This document shows positions 37,236-50,190 of a stretch of 64,000 nucleotides of DNA, piece after piece. A program made the translations under genes and the position numbers. Location: contig JAAILG010001214.1 of the NCBI GenBank assembly GCA_012026655.1, positions 1 through 64,000 on the forward strand, in the 5' to 3' direction. The first letter of the stretch is position 1. Each line of letters starts with the position of its first letter. A model generated the notes under the pieces. That model was given only the letters and a program-made list of their open reading frames with translations. It had not been told where the DNA came from and ran no database searches. Source of the stretch: Hydrolagus affinis (taxonomy: Eukaryota).

Positions 37236-39111
37236 ACTATAGTGTGGAGGACATGAAGCAGGCTGATGTTCGCTGAGCAAAAGGAGCAGTTGAATCAGGA
37301 AGGTTTGAAGCGGTCTCAAAAGTAGGGTACAGTGGGACCTCCGATTGATTTAAAAAAGAGAATGAGGATCTTGAACTTGGCATGGGTTTGTAATCGGTAG
37401 TACAGGTATTTATATTAGCTCTGAATGAATTGTGTTCTCTGCAGTTCTCCATTTTGCCACAAATATATGAAGTCAAATAACTTTACAGCATATTCTGTGA
37501 AGCGCTTTGAGATGTTTGGAAGACGTGAAAAGTGCTATATCAAATGCAAGGATTATTATTAGTAGTAGTTAATACCTTACACAATTACACCTTACAAAAG
37601 AGAATATCAAAACTGTCATGAGAAATTGTGCATGAAAGATATATACTATCAGGATTTGGATAATATACCTCTTATCATGGCGTACGCAAACCAAAATACA
37701 TTTTCATTCACATTAAATCAGATTAGCAGAATTTAGCAACCGAAAAGTGCAGCTACAGATTTACATCAGTGCTTCAGGGCATCAAAAGCTGCCTCATCTG
37801 GCACTTCACATCAAGTTTATGCTTTAAGATGAAAGCAATAAATAATTCAAAGTGGTAATTTGACAGATGACTTTGGCAGGATTCTCCTCCCATTACGACA
37901 ATCATTAGGCTGTAATATACAACAAAAAAGTCTGGAGCTATCCAAACAAATGGACCACACTATCTCATCCCCAAAGAGTTGTATTCTGCACAATTAGCTA
38001 ATGAAGCATCATGTACATTTTTGGGGGCTGAGCACTGAGCATGTTACAAGTCTAAGTTACAAGAAACAATGCAACCTATCTGAAAATGGGAATAGAATCA
38101 GCTACATCATGTAATTTCCAGCTCTTTGACAAGATTCTTCAGTGAAACCAGACTTAGTTTCTCAATTTCTGAATTCACTCCAATAACAACGTAGCCGTCC
38201 CTCATGTCAGTGTTGTGCACATCAGCCTCATGTTTATTGCATAGTGAAGGGCAAAAGAGAAGCAATTAAGCGTAGAATAGCCTGCTGTTGGTACATCTGA
38301 TGTCTGAGGCCACCAGGCTTGCAAGGATTCCACAACCTTCACCTCCTGAAATCTGTCCGAAGCCCATAGAAAAACAAGCATGGTCATTGCAAATTAACAA
38401 CAGTGTCATTATCTTTAATGACCTTGTTAAACAGAAACTGGTTGTTCCCCACGACAAAACCAAAACCCCCTATGGGGCAATGGATGCCATAAAGGAGTAC
38501 TTGATGTGACTTCAATTTCTTATTACCATTTAGACGTTCTCACTGCAGTGGAAGGTGATCATGAGCACTGAAAGTGTAATAGTACACTTAAGAAATTAGT
38601 TTACATAATATAGGTATCCTTATAGCCAAGTGCCTGCATCTTAGAAACAGGTACCATCTGTTACAGACAATGAGTTCCTTTTGGTGGAGTCTAAAAGAAC
38701 CATCCATAATACAGTTTCAATAATTGAGACTTTTCACTCAAAAAACACTACCTTTAGGATTGAAGTTTAGCAATGTTAAACAGTCCCCAAATGCCACTTA
38801 CTTCTAACAAGACCAGAATATATTTAAACAAAATTCAGCATCTGTGGCCAACTGTAACATAGAATCATCGAAATTCACAGAACAGAAGGATGTAATTTGG
38901 TCCATTGTGTCTGTACAGGCTCTCAGAAACAGCTATCCATTGGGTGAAATTAGAAACTGAGTTTGACCCATTGTCCGAGCCACCAGATTTTAAAAATCGT
39001 AATTTATGGACATTTATGGGATCTTGTTGGGTACAGATTGGTTGTATGTTCACCTATGAATGTGCAATCATTACACTTTACGGAAACAATGCCTACTTAG
39101 AAGATTAAGAT

Positions 39112-39457
39112 TAATAATAGTATTCCTTGCATTTGATTTGGGAGCTTATCAAGTACTTCACAGAATATGTCATAAAATGGATGAAATGTGTATTTTATGG
39201 GTGAAATGTGGTAGGCAATTGCATAGAGCAGTGTCCCAGAAACAGTTGTGGATTGAATGACCAATTTTTTTGGAGTGTTTATTACTTCCGTAAAGCGATC
39301 TGTGCCAATTGACTAACAACTGGGTTCCCACCTACTGCTCGGTCAACAAATATGTGTGGAAAAAGGAAATTTGCCTAAGGTTTCATCCTGCCCGAAATCG
39401 AACCCAGATTCTCCTGTGTGCGAGGCAAAGGTGCTAACCACTACACTAAGGTACTCC
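39112..39457 (-). mobile_element. tRNA-derived SINE, long form
   Basis: CCAATTGACTAACAACTGGGTTCC segment; antisense B-box AATCGAACCC. Confidence 0.85.
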
Positions 39458-40054
39458 ACTATTGAAGGAAACTTCCAACTTTGAGCAAATTATCTAGGGT
39501 ACCTAGTCACATATGGTTGTGAAGTGATCCCAGTGATATGACAATGACATTCTGTTTGCTGGCAGGTACTATTTGTCTGTTACATCTACTTGATGCAAAA
39601 CAGATCGCCACTAATTCCTACAGCTTTTAACATCTAGCTTGTAAATCTTTTTTTAAGAAGAAACTGAATTTTAAACCATAAATGGAAAACTTAAACCATC
39701 AATTCATGCTTATACCCATTGTAGAACTGTGTGCTGAAATGGAGGGATTATTAAAATAAGTGTCTAAATGTATCATAACTATATGCAGAATACCTAAATC
39801 CTGTCAGTCAATAGTCTATAGAGACACTTTACCTTTTGTATAGACAAGTCTGCACTGCAACTTATCCTAATAGCAGGAGAGGAATTGAAATTGCTAAACG
39901 AAGGAGCTTTCTTACAGGATGTGCTAAGAAGTTTATGCGCTATGGTATTCCCTCATGATATTTTTGCAGTTAAATGATATGTCTTGCTCATGCCATGTGC
40001 AATACATTTGAGAATACATTGCATAGCATAAAACATATTGAAATCTAACCTAAG

Positions 40055-40250
40055 ACTGGATTTTTAACATCCATGTGAATAAGCAGATGGGCCTTGATTT
40101 AACATTTCATTCAAAGGTTGGGACCTCTAATAATGCAGCAGACCCCCAGCATTGCATTAGACTGTCAGCCTAAATTATAGTTCCAAGTCCTGATGTCGGG
40201 CTTGAATCATAACCTTCTGACTCAATGGCGAGACCAACTGAACCAGGCTG
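40055..40250 (-). mobile_element. Deu-domain SINE 5' part
   Basis: TTTTAACATCCA...CTGTCAGCC...AACCTTCTGACTC...CCAGGCTG. Confidence 0.7.
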
Positions 40251-40987
40251 AAGTATAGTAAAGTATATCTGTGGATCAGCATGACTGACTTCTGCTTACA
40301 GTCAGGAGTACCCTTTTCCAACCTCTGTTAGGAAAACTGAATTTTTAAACCCCGTAAGTCTGAAATTTTATTTAAACAAGTTAGATCACCTTAAATGAAA
40401 AGGAACAAAAGGATCCTCAAAATCCTATCTCAACTGTTACAATACACTAGGCAGGATCACCTCAACTTGTCCAAATCAATTTAATAATGCTTGGACAAAA
40501 GCACAATTCTCAACAGAGGTTTTGTTTAAAAATGTATGTATGGTTTTAAGATCACTAAACAACGCTGTCAGCTTTGTTCGATAATAATTTTGAAAATTGT
40601 CTGATTATTTATTATAATTCAATAACTTGTACTGTTTGGTGCATGTAAAGATACGTTGCGCAACAGATGCTCTTGAAAATAATTGAAACTGAAGTATCCT
40701 TTTTGTTTTGGAAACCATATTTCAGACCTATTGAATCTGTGTGACATCCCCTTCAACATTTGCTTCTGTGCTGCTCCAAAGAATATATTGTAGCTTGTAA
40801 AGCTGTAGCTTATTATCTTCTGAACTTGAATACTGAAGAACACTTGTGGCTAAAATACGGTGTTTCTTAACAAAAGGATGCTGTGCACTATACTTCTAGT
40901 AAAGCATTAGAAAAAAAACAATGGTCTGTCAGAAACCGACAAAACATTGAATACTACAGCTGAGTGTTACAGATTGACAGTATTACA

Positions 40988-41598
40988 CATTCATCACACC
41001 TAGGCTCGACTACAGGAACACTCTCCTTGTCGGCCTTCCCAGCTCCTCCCTTCACAAGCTGCAGATTATTCAGAACTCTGCAGCTCGTGTACTCTCCTAC
41101 ACTAAGCTCCGCAACCACATCACTCCCACCCTCGCTCATCTCCACCGGCTCCCCATCCCCCAGAGGGTCGAATTTAAGATCCTTGTCCTCACTTTCAAAA
41201 CCATTCATGGCCTTGCCCCCACCTATCTCTCCGACCTGCTGTCTCCCTATCAGGCTGCCCATCCCCTCCGTTCAGCAGGCTCTGGCCTGCTTCACGTCCC
41301 CCGCCCAAACTGCCCAGCATTGGCGGCCGGTCTTTCAGCTTCTCTGCCCCACAATCTGGAACTCCATCCCGCAATCCCTTCACCTCGCTTCCTCCCTTTC
41401 CTCCTTCAAGGCTGGTCTCAAGATCTTTGACTGTGCCTTCTGCTGCCCTCCTAACTCTCCCCCCTCTCCTACTCTCCTTCCCCCTACCCCGACGCCCCAC
41501 CGCTCACTGCTCGGGTCCTGACTTAGCTGTTCAGCGCCTTGGGACGTCCTCCTGACTTGAAAGGTGCTCTATAAATGTAATTTTGTTGTTGTTGTTAT
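40988..41598 (+). mobile_element. L2 LINE 3' fragment
   Basis: Highly similar to 9105-9735; (TTG)n tail. Confidence 0.94.
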
Positions 41599-41964
41599 TA
41601 GGAAGGATTAGATATCCGAAGAATGGCTAAAATCAGTTATTTTAGGTTTTTGTAAGTTTAGAAAGTAGATATACAGTACTTATGTTTATTTCTACATGCT
41701 TTAGACATGTATGGTATGTGCTGATCTAAGCTGTACCTAAATTTGTAATTACTTTGTAAGTCATTTCCAATTTGTTTCCAATTATGATTTAAACCCACTA
41801 GCAGAAGATGCGTAAGAAGAGGCAAGGGTTACTTTCCCACCTAGAAAAACATTGTATGATATTCTACTAATCCATGACCTATGCAATAAGATACACTAAT
41901 CTAGTAATAATGCTTTGTAAATTCACAAGCTTCCACTCACTTGGAAATAGCCTTATTATCAATA

Positions 41965-42147
41965 AGAAAAAAAAATGTGATCATTCATTCCATGACTGTT
42001 TGTGGGACACTGCTGTGCACAATTGGCTGCTGAGTTTTGCCCACAAATATACAGTCAATTCACTTTACAGTATATTCTCAGAAGCGCTTTGAGATGTCTA
42101 GCAGATGTGAAAAGCGCTAAATCAAATGCAATTATTATTATTATTAC
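41965..42147 (+). mobile_element. tRNA-SINE 3' half
   Basis: TGTTTGTGGGACACTGCTGTGCACAATTGGC...(TTA)n. Confidence 0.85.
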
Positions 42148-42339
42148 CTGTTTCTTTACTGACAAGGGGGGAAGACCGTTTAAGTTCAGAGATAATAACT
42201 AAGTTTCATTTATTTCCATATACAACAACAGTTTGCACTTAAATAAACACCCTCCATGCCGAGTGATGTCTCCGAGTGTTTATAGTGACGAAGCCTGACT
42301 CTGAACTGGAGGGGGGGTATTCTTTTCAATATATTGCAC

Positions 42340-42742
42340 CCAGCTCCAATGGCTCCCCATCCTCTAGAGGGTTAAATTCAAGATATTCATCCTCCCTTTC
42401 AAGGCCATCCCTGCCTATTTCTCCGACTTGCTGACTCCCTACCAACCTGCCCACCTACTCCATTCAGCAAGCTCCGGTCTGCTCTATGTCTCCCACCTGA
42501 CCTGCCCTACCATCAATGGCTGGGCTTTTAGATTCTCTGCCCCCACAGTCTGGAATTCCATCCCACAATCTCTTTGCCTTGCTTCCTCCCTTGCCTCATT
42601 CACGGCTGGTCTCAAAATGCTCCTTTTCAATTGTGCCTTCTGCCGCCCTCCCACATCTCTCCTCTCCCACCTATCCTGCCCCTCCCCCATGCTCAGATGC
42701 CGATCTCTGACTGTTCGGCGGTCAATGTGAAAGGTGCCTTAT
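42340..42742 (+). mobile_element. L2 LINE 3' fragment; the rest of its tail is at about 43355-43377
   Basis: ORF 42428-42730: TINGWAFRFSAPTVWNSIPQSL. Confidence 0.88.
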
Positions 42743-43352
42743 ATCGCACCCCAAAAGCCGCAGAGACGCTGGTCCATGCCTTTGTCACCTCTCGGTTGGA
42801 CTATTCAAATGCCCTCCTCGCCGGTCTCCCCTCTGCTACCATTCATAAAATCCAGGTCATCCAGAATTCTGCCGTCCATATTCTCACCCGTACCAAACTC
42901 CTCTCCCCGATTACCCCAGTCCTTGCCAGACTGCACTGGCTGGCTGTCCTGGAGAGGATCAATTTCAAGATCCTCACTCTTGCTTTCAAATCCCTCCACT
43001 CCTCTGCATCCCCCAACCTCTCTGACCTTCTCTCTCCTCACAATAGTACCCGTTTCACTACAATGGGTCTGGCCTCCTCCTTGTCCCCCGAATCCTCTGC
43101 TCCACCATCGGCGGCCGTGCCTTCAGCCACTACACCCCGAGGCTCTGGAACTCCCTTCCTCACTCACTTCGTCTCGCCCCCTCTCTTCCAATTTTCAGGT
43201 CTTGGCTGAAGACCTTTCTTTTCGACCACGCTTTCAGTCACCTTCTTCCCCCTCCCCCTGGGTCGGCCCCGGGATCTGTTATTGGGAACCGCTCTGAAAT
43301 GCCGTCCTGCGTGGGGGCTGCTATATAAATCCAAGTTGTTGTTGTTATTGTT
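42743..43352 (+). mobile_element. Second, distinct L2 family 3' fragment nested in the tail of the preceding L2
   Basis: AAETLVHAFVTSRLDYSNALLAGLP...LARLHWLAVLERINFKIL; different 3' end GCTCTGAAATGCCGTCCTGCGTGGGGCTGCTATATAAATCCAAG(TTG)n. Confidence 0.9.
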
Positions 43353-44479
43353 GCTGTAAATGTAATTTTGTTGTTGTATATGTATATATAAATGTGTATA
43401 TATAATAATAATAATCCTTACATTTATACTGTATAGCACTTTCCATGTCTTTTACACATATATAAACATAAACAGGTTAGAGGTAAAATATTGGTAGAAA
43501 AGGAGACTAAGGGTGAACTCAAGGAAATAACAGAAAAATGAAGAGGACTAAAGTTCTCAAAAAAGCCTGAGGTCTCAATAGCAGACATTGTACAGCTGTC
43601 ACTTGGGGATAACATAAAATCAACAAAGTACGCCCTGAACAAGCTTCTTATGGTGATTTCTTGTTGTTGTGCAATGAACAATACAATCAATGCTCTCTTA
43701 TTGCCCTCATTCATGCATAAGCCATTTGGCTTTCAAACAGATAGATTTCTGTTACATGTGCCCCCCAGTGATGCTATTGTTAGTTCACAGCAAGCGTCTG
43801 ACTTGTTTGGCCTGATCCTACAAGAGGAAGTCCAGCTAAATTCAATTTGTGTCTGTTCCATTGGTTATCAACCACTATCCATCTGAGCAAACCCAAACTA
43901 ATGTGGAACAGATGGACACATTTTTCTTTAATTAGATTCAAGACAGCTTGTTGTCTAGTTACAATGTGCAAAGATTTAAGGATTTCACAGTTATTTAAAA
44001 GCAGCAGGAGAGGTAAAACACACAATAAGAATTCAAATGTGCAGTATGAAGTAACTGATCTCATTCTAATCACATATGTAGTTGTAATAGTCTAATGGTG
44101 CCTTCTATATCTAGTCAACTGCTCCTGTGTGTTCCCCAAACATCACTTAACTGGGACTCGGAAATCCTTGCATGTGGGAAATACCATGAACTTAAAATTC
44201 AAATGGTTGTACACAATGCTTTCTTATTTCTACCATCCTATTACTGTAAGGGTAAATATTTTTGTAGCAAATGCTCCCTTTGTCAGTGTTTTATCAGTTA
44301 CGCTTGTGTATTTTGCCCAGAAAATATACAATTCACTTTACAGTGTATTATGTGAAGCACATTGAAATGTCTCAAAGATATGATAAGGTGCTATATCAAA
44401 TGCAAGCATAATTACTATCATGATTATTACTACCTGTCAATTTATGCCTAAAATTATACAATTACACCTGTAATTGTCA

Positions 44480-44890
44480 GTGTCAGCCTGGCTTAATGGT
44501 AGCACACTCGCCTCTGAGTCAGAAGGCTGTGGGTTTAAGCCTTATGTCAGGATTTTGAATCACAGAGTCTAAGATGACACTTCAATGAGGTTATAATATT
44601 GCTTTGTTATAATGTCAGAAATGCCATCCTAGGATGAGAAGTTAAACTGAAGTTCCCATCTGCCAGTTTAGATCAGCACGGAAAAGAAGAGTTTCCCCTG
44701 GTGTCCTGACCAACGATCCCACAGATAAAATTGTTCATAGCTGTTTGGACATGACTATGTGCATTTATCAGACGTTTTTCTCCCTTAAAATGCTAAGTCA
44801 ATCCACGTTACAGCATATTCTGTGACGCTTTGAGATGTCCATCCAAATGAAAGGCGCTACATCAAATGTAAGTACTGTAATATTATTATC
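44480..44890 (+). mobile_element. Deu-domain SINE, near full length
   Basis: GTGTCAGCCTGGCTTAATGGTAGCACACTCGCCTCTGAGTCAGAAGG head; GGTGTCCTGACCAAC; L2-like tail. Confidence 0.82.
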
Positions 44891-47326
44891 AATAGGGAGA
44901 ACAATAATTTCTCATTGTATATATAAACCACATTTATTTTAGTTGACTTCTCTGCTAAACACTTACCCTGAATAAATAGATTTGTCTCCAAACAAATCAA
45001 AACTTAGTTATATTTTCGAGTCCTTATATTTAACATGGAGGACAAAACCATGCATTCTCCCCATCGGAGCTAATTCACACATGTCACTAAACCAACTAAT
45101 TCAATGCCTGTATTATTTGTACTTTGCTTCTCTCACTCCCCTTTTTTTTATAATTTTGTGAACCTAATGAGGCACAAGTAAGATTCTTTATTTGGTCTGA
45201 CCTTAGGTCAGTTGACAATTTATCAACGTGTCCAATAGAATTGAAAAAGTACTCTGGGGAGGTGAGACACTATTGTACAAATCTGACAATAAATAATGTG
45301 TCATGAACATGAATTGTTACACTTAAAACAAATGGTTTGTAAATATTTAATCCATAACAGGATTCCAAGACCACATGAACTCTTACAGGTAATAAAGCCT
45401 ACTCGGATGGAATTCTCAATACTGCTCTCTGGGTAAACTGTGCCCAATTTCAATAAATCTAGCTAATTATTCACTCACTTTCGTGGGTTTGAAGAGGCCA
45501 ATGGTCGCTTAGCCAGGGCTGATTGGCTCCCCCACTATATTTTACCACTGATTGATGGTACTAAGGAGCTGATGCCCTTCGACCAACCTGCAAATGAAAT
45601 GATTACCCTCAGTGTCTATTGGACTCCAATGACCTGCCTGGTTAGTACAGCAATGCTTCTCAGTTCTTCTTTTCCAAAGGTTAATTGGACTTGAACCCAG
45701 GCTACCCAAGAGGTTAAGAGCTGGGTCAGAATGACAGCAGGCGCCAGGCACAGTGTCACAAGCTATAGGGAGGGCGTTTTTGTTCCCCCCTCCCCGACAG
45801 TAATTTCCCAGCGGGGGCTCTTTCACACCTGGTGGAAGACACAAGGGGCAACTGAGCAGCTAATAACAGGCACAAAATGCTCACAAATCCATAGCTTCAG
45901 TCGTCATTCACACTGTTCAATATTCACAAGGTTTGTTATTGGGAGGTGGGTTTATTTTGAAAACTTGCAGATTATTACTACTGCTTAGAAAAATAAGGTG
46001 AACATTGCCTTTTTTTTAAAAAAGAGTGCAGCAATCATGAATTTTCCTAAATCTCCTAAAATGCTTTTATTGGGATTAATGAAACAAACATTTAGTTGCT
46101 ATTGCAGAAATTATTGTGAATTTTAACCACTTATTAAAAGTGGGTCTTTTCATTGGTTTTAACTTCTTTTGAATATATTGCGCGCAGAATATGTATTGGC
46201 AGTTGACGGTTTGTGTTGCAATTGGTTCAAAATTTAATCAAGCGTAAATAAGCACCAGCTCTTGTGCTAGATTTCGGGGTCAGTTTGATTTCTTTGTATG
46301 CTTTGTATGTGGATCATTGCCTGAATCTTTCTGGTAACTGTAAAACAGACTGTTTTTTTTGCTGGTGAATGCCACTGTTTTATGCTGTTGCATCATTAAA
46401 ATAGTCAGGGAGGTTTGCTGGGAATGGTACCTTTTAAATCTGTACCTTCAGTTTCTTATTAAATTTTTCTGGTAATTGCCGATGAGGCAGACTGGTTTCT
46501 CTGTCATCAGTGGTGCCTTGAGTGCTGTGGCTCTGCTCCTGTTCAGGACCCACACCTGAAACAGCCACAGAAGGTTCAATCAATTATAATCACCAAATGT
46601 ATCACCTTGAAGCCAGCCAATCTCAAGTAATTTGACATCTGGTTCAAGCCCTGCACTGGGAGGACGGATCAGTTAAAAAATCCGCCACTTTTTTGTTGTA
46701 ATTTCGGCCGTTTTAAATGCAGTTAGAGAACATCACAACCATTTTAAACAGCAGAACTACAGACTGCTCCTTCACTCTGAGCAAATTGGCCACCAAGAAA
46801 ACATTGTGATGCATGTTGCGTTGCGTTACATTCATTGCTGATATTAACTGTGCACCATTGTACGGTTCAATGATTATCTGTGAGCACACAATTCGCACGT
46901 TGAGCCACTTATTGAGCATTGAATTCTGCAAAATCTTGACCGTTACATTTTTCATGTCATTTGCAGGACCTTGCATGGCAACAAAATGCCTACAATATGT
47001 TCATTGCATACGACAGTAATACTTGTTGAGTGCTTTGTCATTTTTTTGTGCATTAAATATGTGCACTTAATCTCCACATCAATTAATAAAATAATTCTGC
47101 TGCTCCCATGGTTGCACTATTTTCACTTTCTTACATAGAAAAGTTTTAATTCACCAGAACAGCTTTTACTCCAAGAATTTTCAATACAATCATGGTGTGA
47201 TGATTTCTGGAGGGAAAAAGCAGGTAAGATAATGTTGAAAAATGCCTACAAAATATTAATTGCGCCCAAAAGTATGACTTGTGGAGCGCTTTGTGATTTT
47301 TGTGTCCACTTGGTGCAGTAGTACAT

Positions 47327-48510
47327 GTCAGCCTCCCTTAGTGGTAGCACTCTTGCCTGTACCTTAGAAAGTTGTGGGTTCAAACCCCATGTCTGGATTT
47401 GGAATCACATGATCTAAGAAGACACTCCAATGCAGTGCTGGGGGAGTTGCGTTGTCCGAGGTGCCATCCTTTGGATAGAAGTTAAACGGAGATTCCGTCT
47501 GCCTGTTCAGGTAGCTGTTAAAAATCCCATGACACTATTGTAAGAGGAAAGGAATTTCACCTGGTGTTCTGGTCGAACCTCCAATTGGTAGAACGATTGC
47601 TCAATGGGAAGGAATGTGTGCCTTAGCTGCAGATATGAAGACAGTGGCATTGCTCTCACACATTTCTTACTGAAATGCATTGCCCCCTAGGAAGGAAGAT
47701 CCTTGTACCTATGATCCACCTAGTAAGGGCTCAAATCAGTGCTTCTCAGTGGTCAAACGACTCACTAGTGACTATCTTCCTTTCGGGTAAGCAGGCTCTC
47801 CTTGGAGTACAACTTTCTTAAAGGTGGCATGCCTGGCAATGAAATGTGGCAGTCTTGGAAGTTGGGTTCCTGAGCCAGGTTAGTATTCCAGGGAACTGCT
47901 GATGACAGCACAGCCAGTCTAGCCCATCAGAAGGACCTGGAAGGACAGACCAGTCACTGGAGACAGGGAGTCATCAACTCCTGTTAACCATGCTTGCCTA
48001 AGCTGTAAAGGATAGGGTGGTCCCAGCTAGAGAAGCAATGGGAAGCTTGCTGGGCGGCAATATCAATGGCAAGTTATGTGGTTTTAGCTGGTTAGACTCC
48101 GACATGACCCCAACACACACTTTGGGGGACCCAAGCCTTGGCTCTTACCAAATTGTGTCTAATACTTTCCGGAATTAGGTAAGTAAGTTACGATTTCATT
48201 GTTTAACTGGATGCATGGAAATCTCAGCTTGGTTTGGATAATCTTAAGCACGGTAATGCATTTCTACATGTGTCAGACACCCGTGACCTCCCCCATCACC
48301 ACCCCCAGAAAACTCCAGGCCAACAATCCCCCAAATAAAATTAGTCATTCATTTCATGGCTGTTGGTGGGTCATTGCTGTGTGCAATTGTGCTGCTGAGT
48401 TTACCAACAAATACACGGTCACTCCATTTTGCAATAATTCCTTTGAAGCGCTTTGAGACATGTCAGCAACATGATCAGGTGCTATACCAATTGCAAGGAA
48501 TATTATTATT
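47327..48510 (+). mobile_element. Deu-domain SINE split into 47327-47580 and 48310-48510 by an insertion
   Basis: Left part ends GGTGTTCTGGTC; right part resumes GGCCAACAATCCCCCAAATAAAATT. Confidence 0.78.
47600..48300 (-). mobile_element. Old unclassified repeat, copy 2
   Basis: Blocks at 47889, 48013 and 48266 align in order with 60674, 60799 and 61003. Confidence 0.55.
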
Positions 48511-49303
48511 TTTAAAAATGAGTGGAGTGTCAGTGTGGAAATGTTTTATTAATGCGTAGCATTAAGAGATGGCTGGTTAAAAAGGTTAGCTCAAGTACTG
48601 ATGCATGTAATTGTTATACTTTTCCCTCATTGAAATGCTTTATCAGATTTGAATGAATGTAGTGTAGTGCAGTTACTGTGTGAGTTTTATATAGGAATAC
48701 GATTTGATTGTCATTTATTTGTGCATTTGCTCTTTGACTGTCATCTGACAGCAAATGAACAGGTAAAAGATTGATGCTGCCTGGACTTCATCGTAAATTT
48801 GACCCTATCAATCATTGATGTGATCCTCACGCATGAAATACTATAGAAGGTGGGAGTGTTAATGTGTGGATGGTTCACACAGAAGATGTGCAATAGCTTG
48901 CTCTGAACCAGATGTGTATTGCGTGCTTTCATCCAGAATCAAACCCCGGGAAGGGAGTTAACTGTTAAGTGCAAGCCTTGACTTTACACATCTGGACATG
49001 GATGTTTCCCATTTGGGATTCTTAAGGGAAAAAATAAGCGACAAGCACAGATAACATAATGGAACTATCAAGGCTATGGTGTTGTAGCATTGGTTGTGAA
49101 AAGCCGGAGTTTTGCGTTAAAATAGTTATTATTGCCTTTCCACCACTTCTTCGGTGTTGCATTTTAATCCTTCAAGTTTGCAGCTGTTTTGATTCAAGGA
49201 CTATTGGTTCTCTTAGAGGCAAATTGTTTGTTTTTTGGATGCTGGTTTTGATTATGCATTTTCTGATTCTATACTAGTTTTGCCTTCTATATGGCCTTCT
49301 GTT

Positions 49304-49616
49304 GAGTCCTGCAGCTCAGTGGTTAGAGCACTTGCCTTTCAGGCGAGAGACCTAGGTGTGATTCCAGGCAGGGCGAAACCTTGGGCAAGTTTCCTTACTC
49401 CACTTGCCAAATAATAATCCCTTGAAAAAACCCAATAATAAATTGGTCATTTCAATTCACGTCTGTTCGTGGGACACTTCTGTGCGCAATTGGTCACCGC
49501 GTTTTACCCACATATAGTCAATCCATTTTACAGTACATTCTGTGAAGCACTTTGAGACATCTAGAAGATGTGAAAAGCACTACATCAAATGCAAGGATTA
49601 TTATTATTATTATTAT
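49304..49616 (+). mobile_element. tRNA-derived SINE, short form, full length
   Basis: GAGTCCTGCAGCTCAGTGGTTAGAGCAC head and long (TTA)n tail. Confidence 0.92.
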
Positions 49617-49944
49617 AAGGGCAGTTTGGGGTGATTGGCCGCCCTTGCAATTTTGACCATCTGCTGAATCTCTGATTATAGAGAAGAATCTATTGAGTTA
49701 TACTGTATGTTTCTGTTCTAAATAAATATCTGGGTCCTATCAATGCAAAATAACTTGGCTTGTTTGCATGCAAATATTAACATACTATTTAAATATGTTA
49801 ATTTATTTGCTAGCTATCAAACTTAGGAGCTCAAGATACTTATCTTTACATTTAGCTTTATGTCTTTGCTAATTGTGTAGAGCAGGGAACCAAGATAGAC
49901 CAGAGCCAATATTAAAGATGGAAAGATTGAAGGCGTTCCAGCAC

Positions 49945-50190
49945 AGCATTGCTCTGCAAACAGCCATGAAGTGACTGACTAATTTTATTGGGTGAATTGT
50001 CAGCCATCAGGATCAATTCCCTTCTCTCTTCCAATAGAGCCATGGGATCATTCAAGTCAACCTGTACAGGCAGTTGGGGTATCTCCAACAATGCAGCATT
50101 AGAGTGTCAGTCTAAACTTTATAAGTTCAATGTCCCAATGTGGGGCTTGAACCCACAACCTTCTCTACCAAATGAGCCAGACTGACACCT
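49945..50190 (-). mobile_element. Deu-domain SINE, diverged
   Basis: CCATGGGATC...GAGTGTCAGTC...GGCTTGAACCCACAACCTTCT. Confidence 0.7.

Noticed and set aside
42574-43209. Longest ORF (211 aa) as a host gene
   Set aside because: It reads across the junction of two nested L2 fragments, and its second half is L2 ORF2
43424-43886. Overlapping open frames on both strands
   Set aside because: There are no motifs or splice structure; compatible with chance
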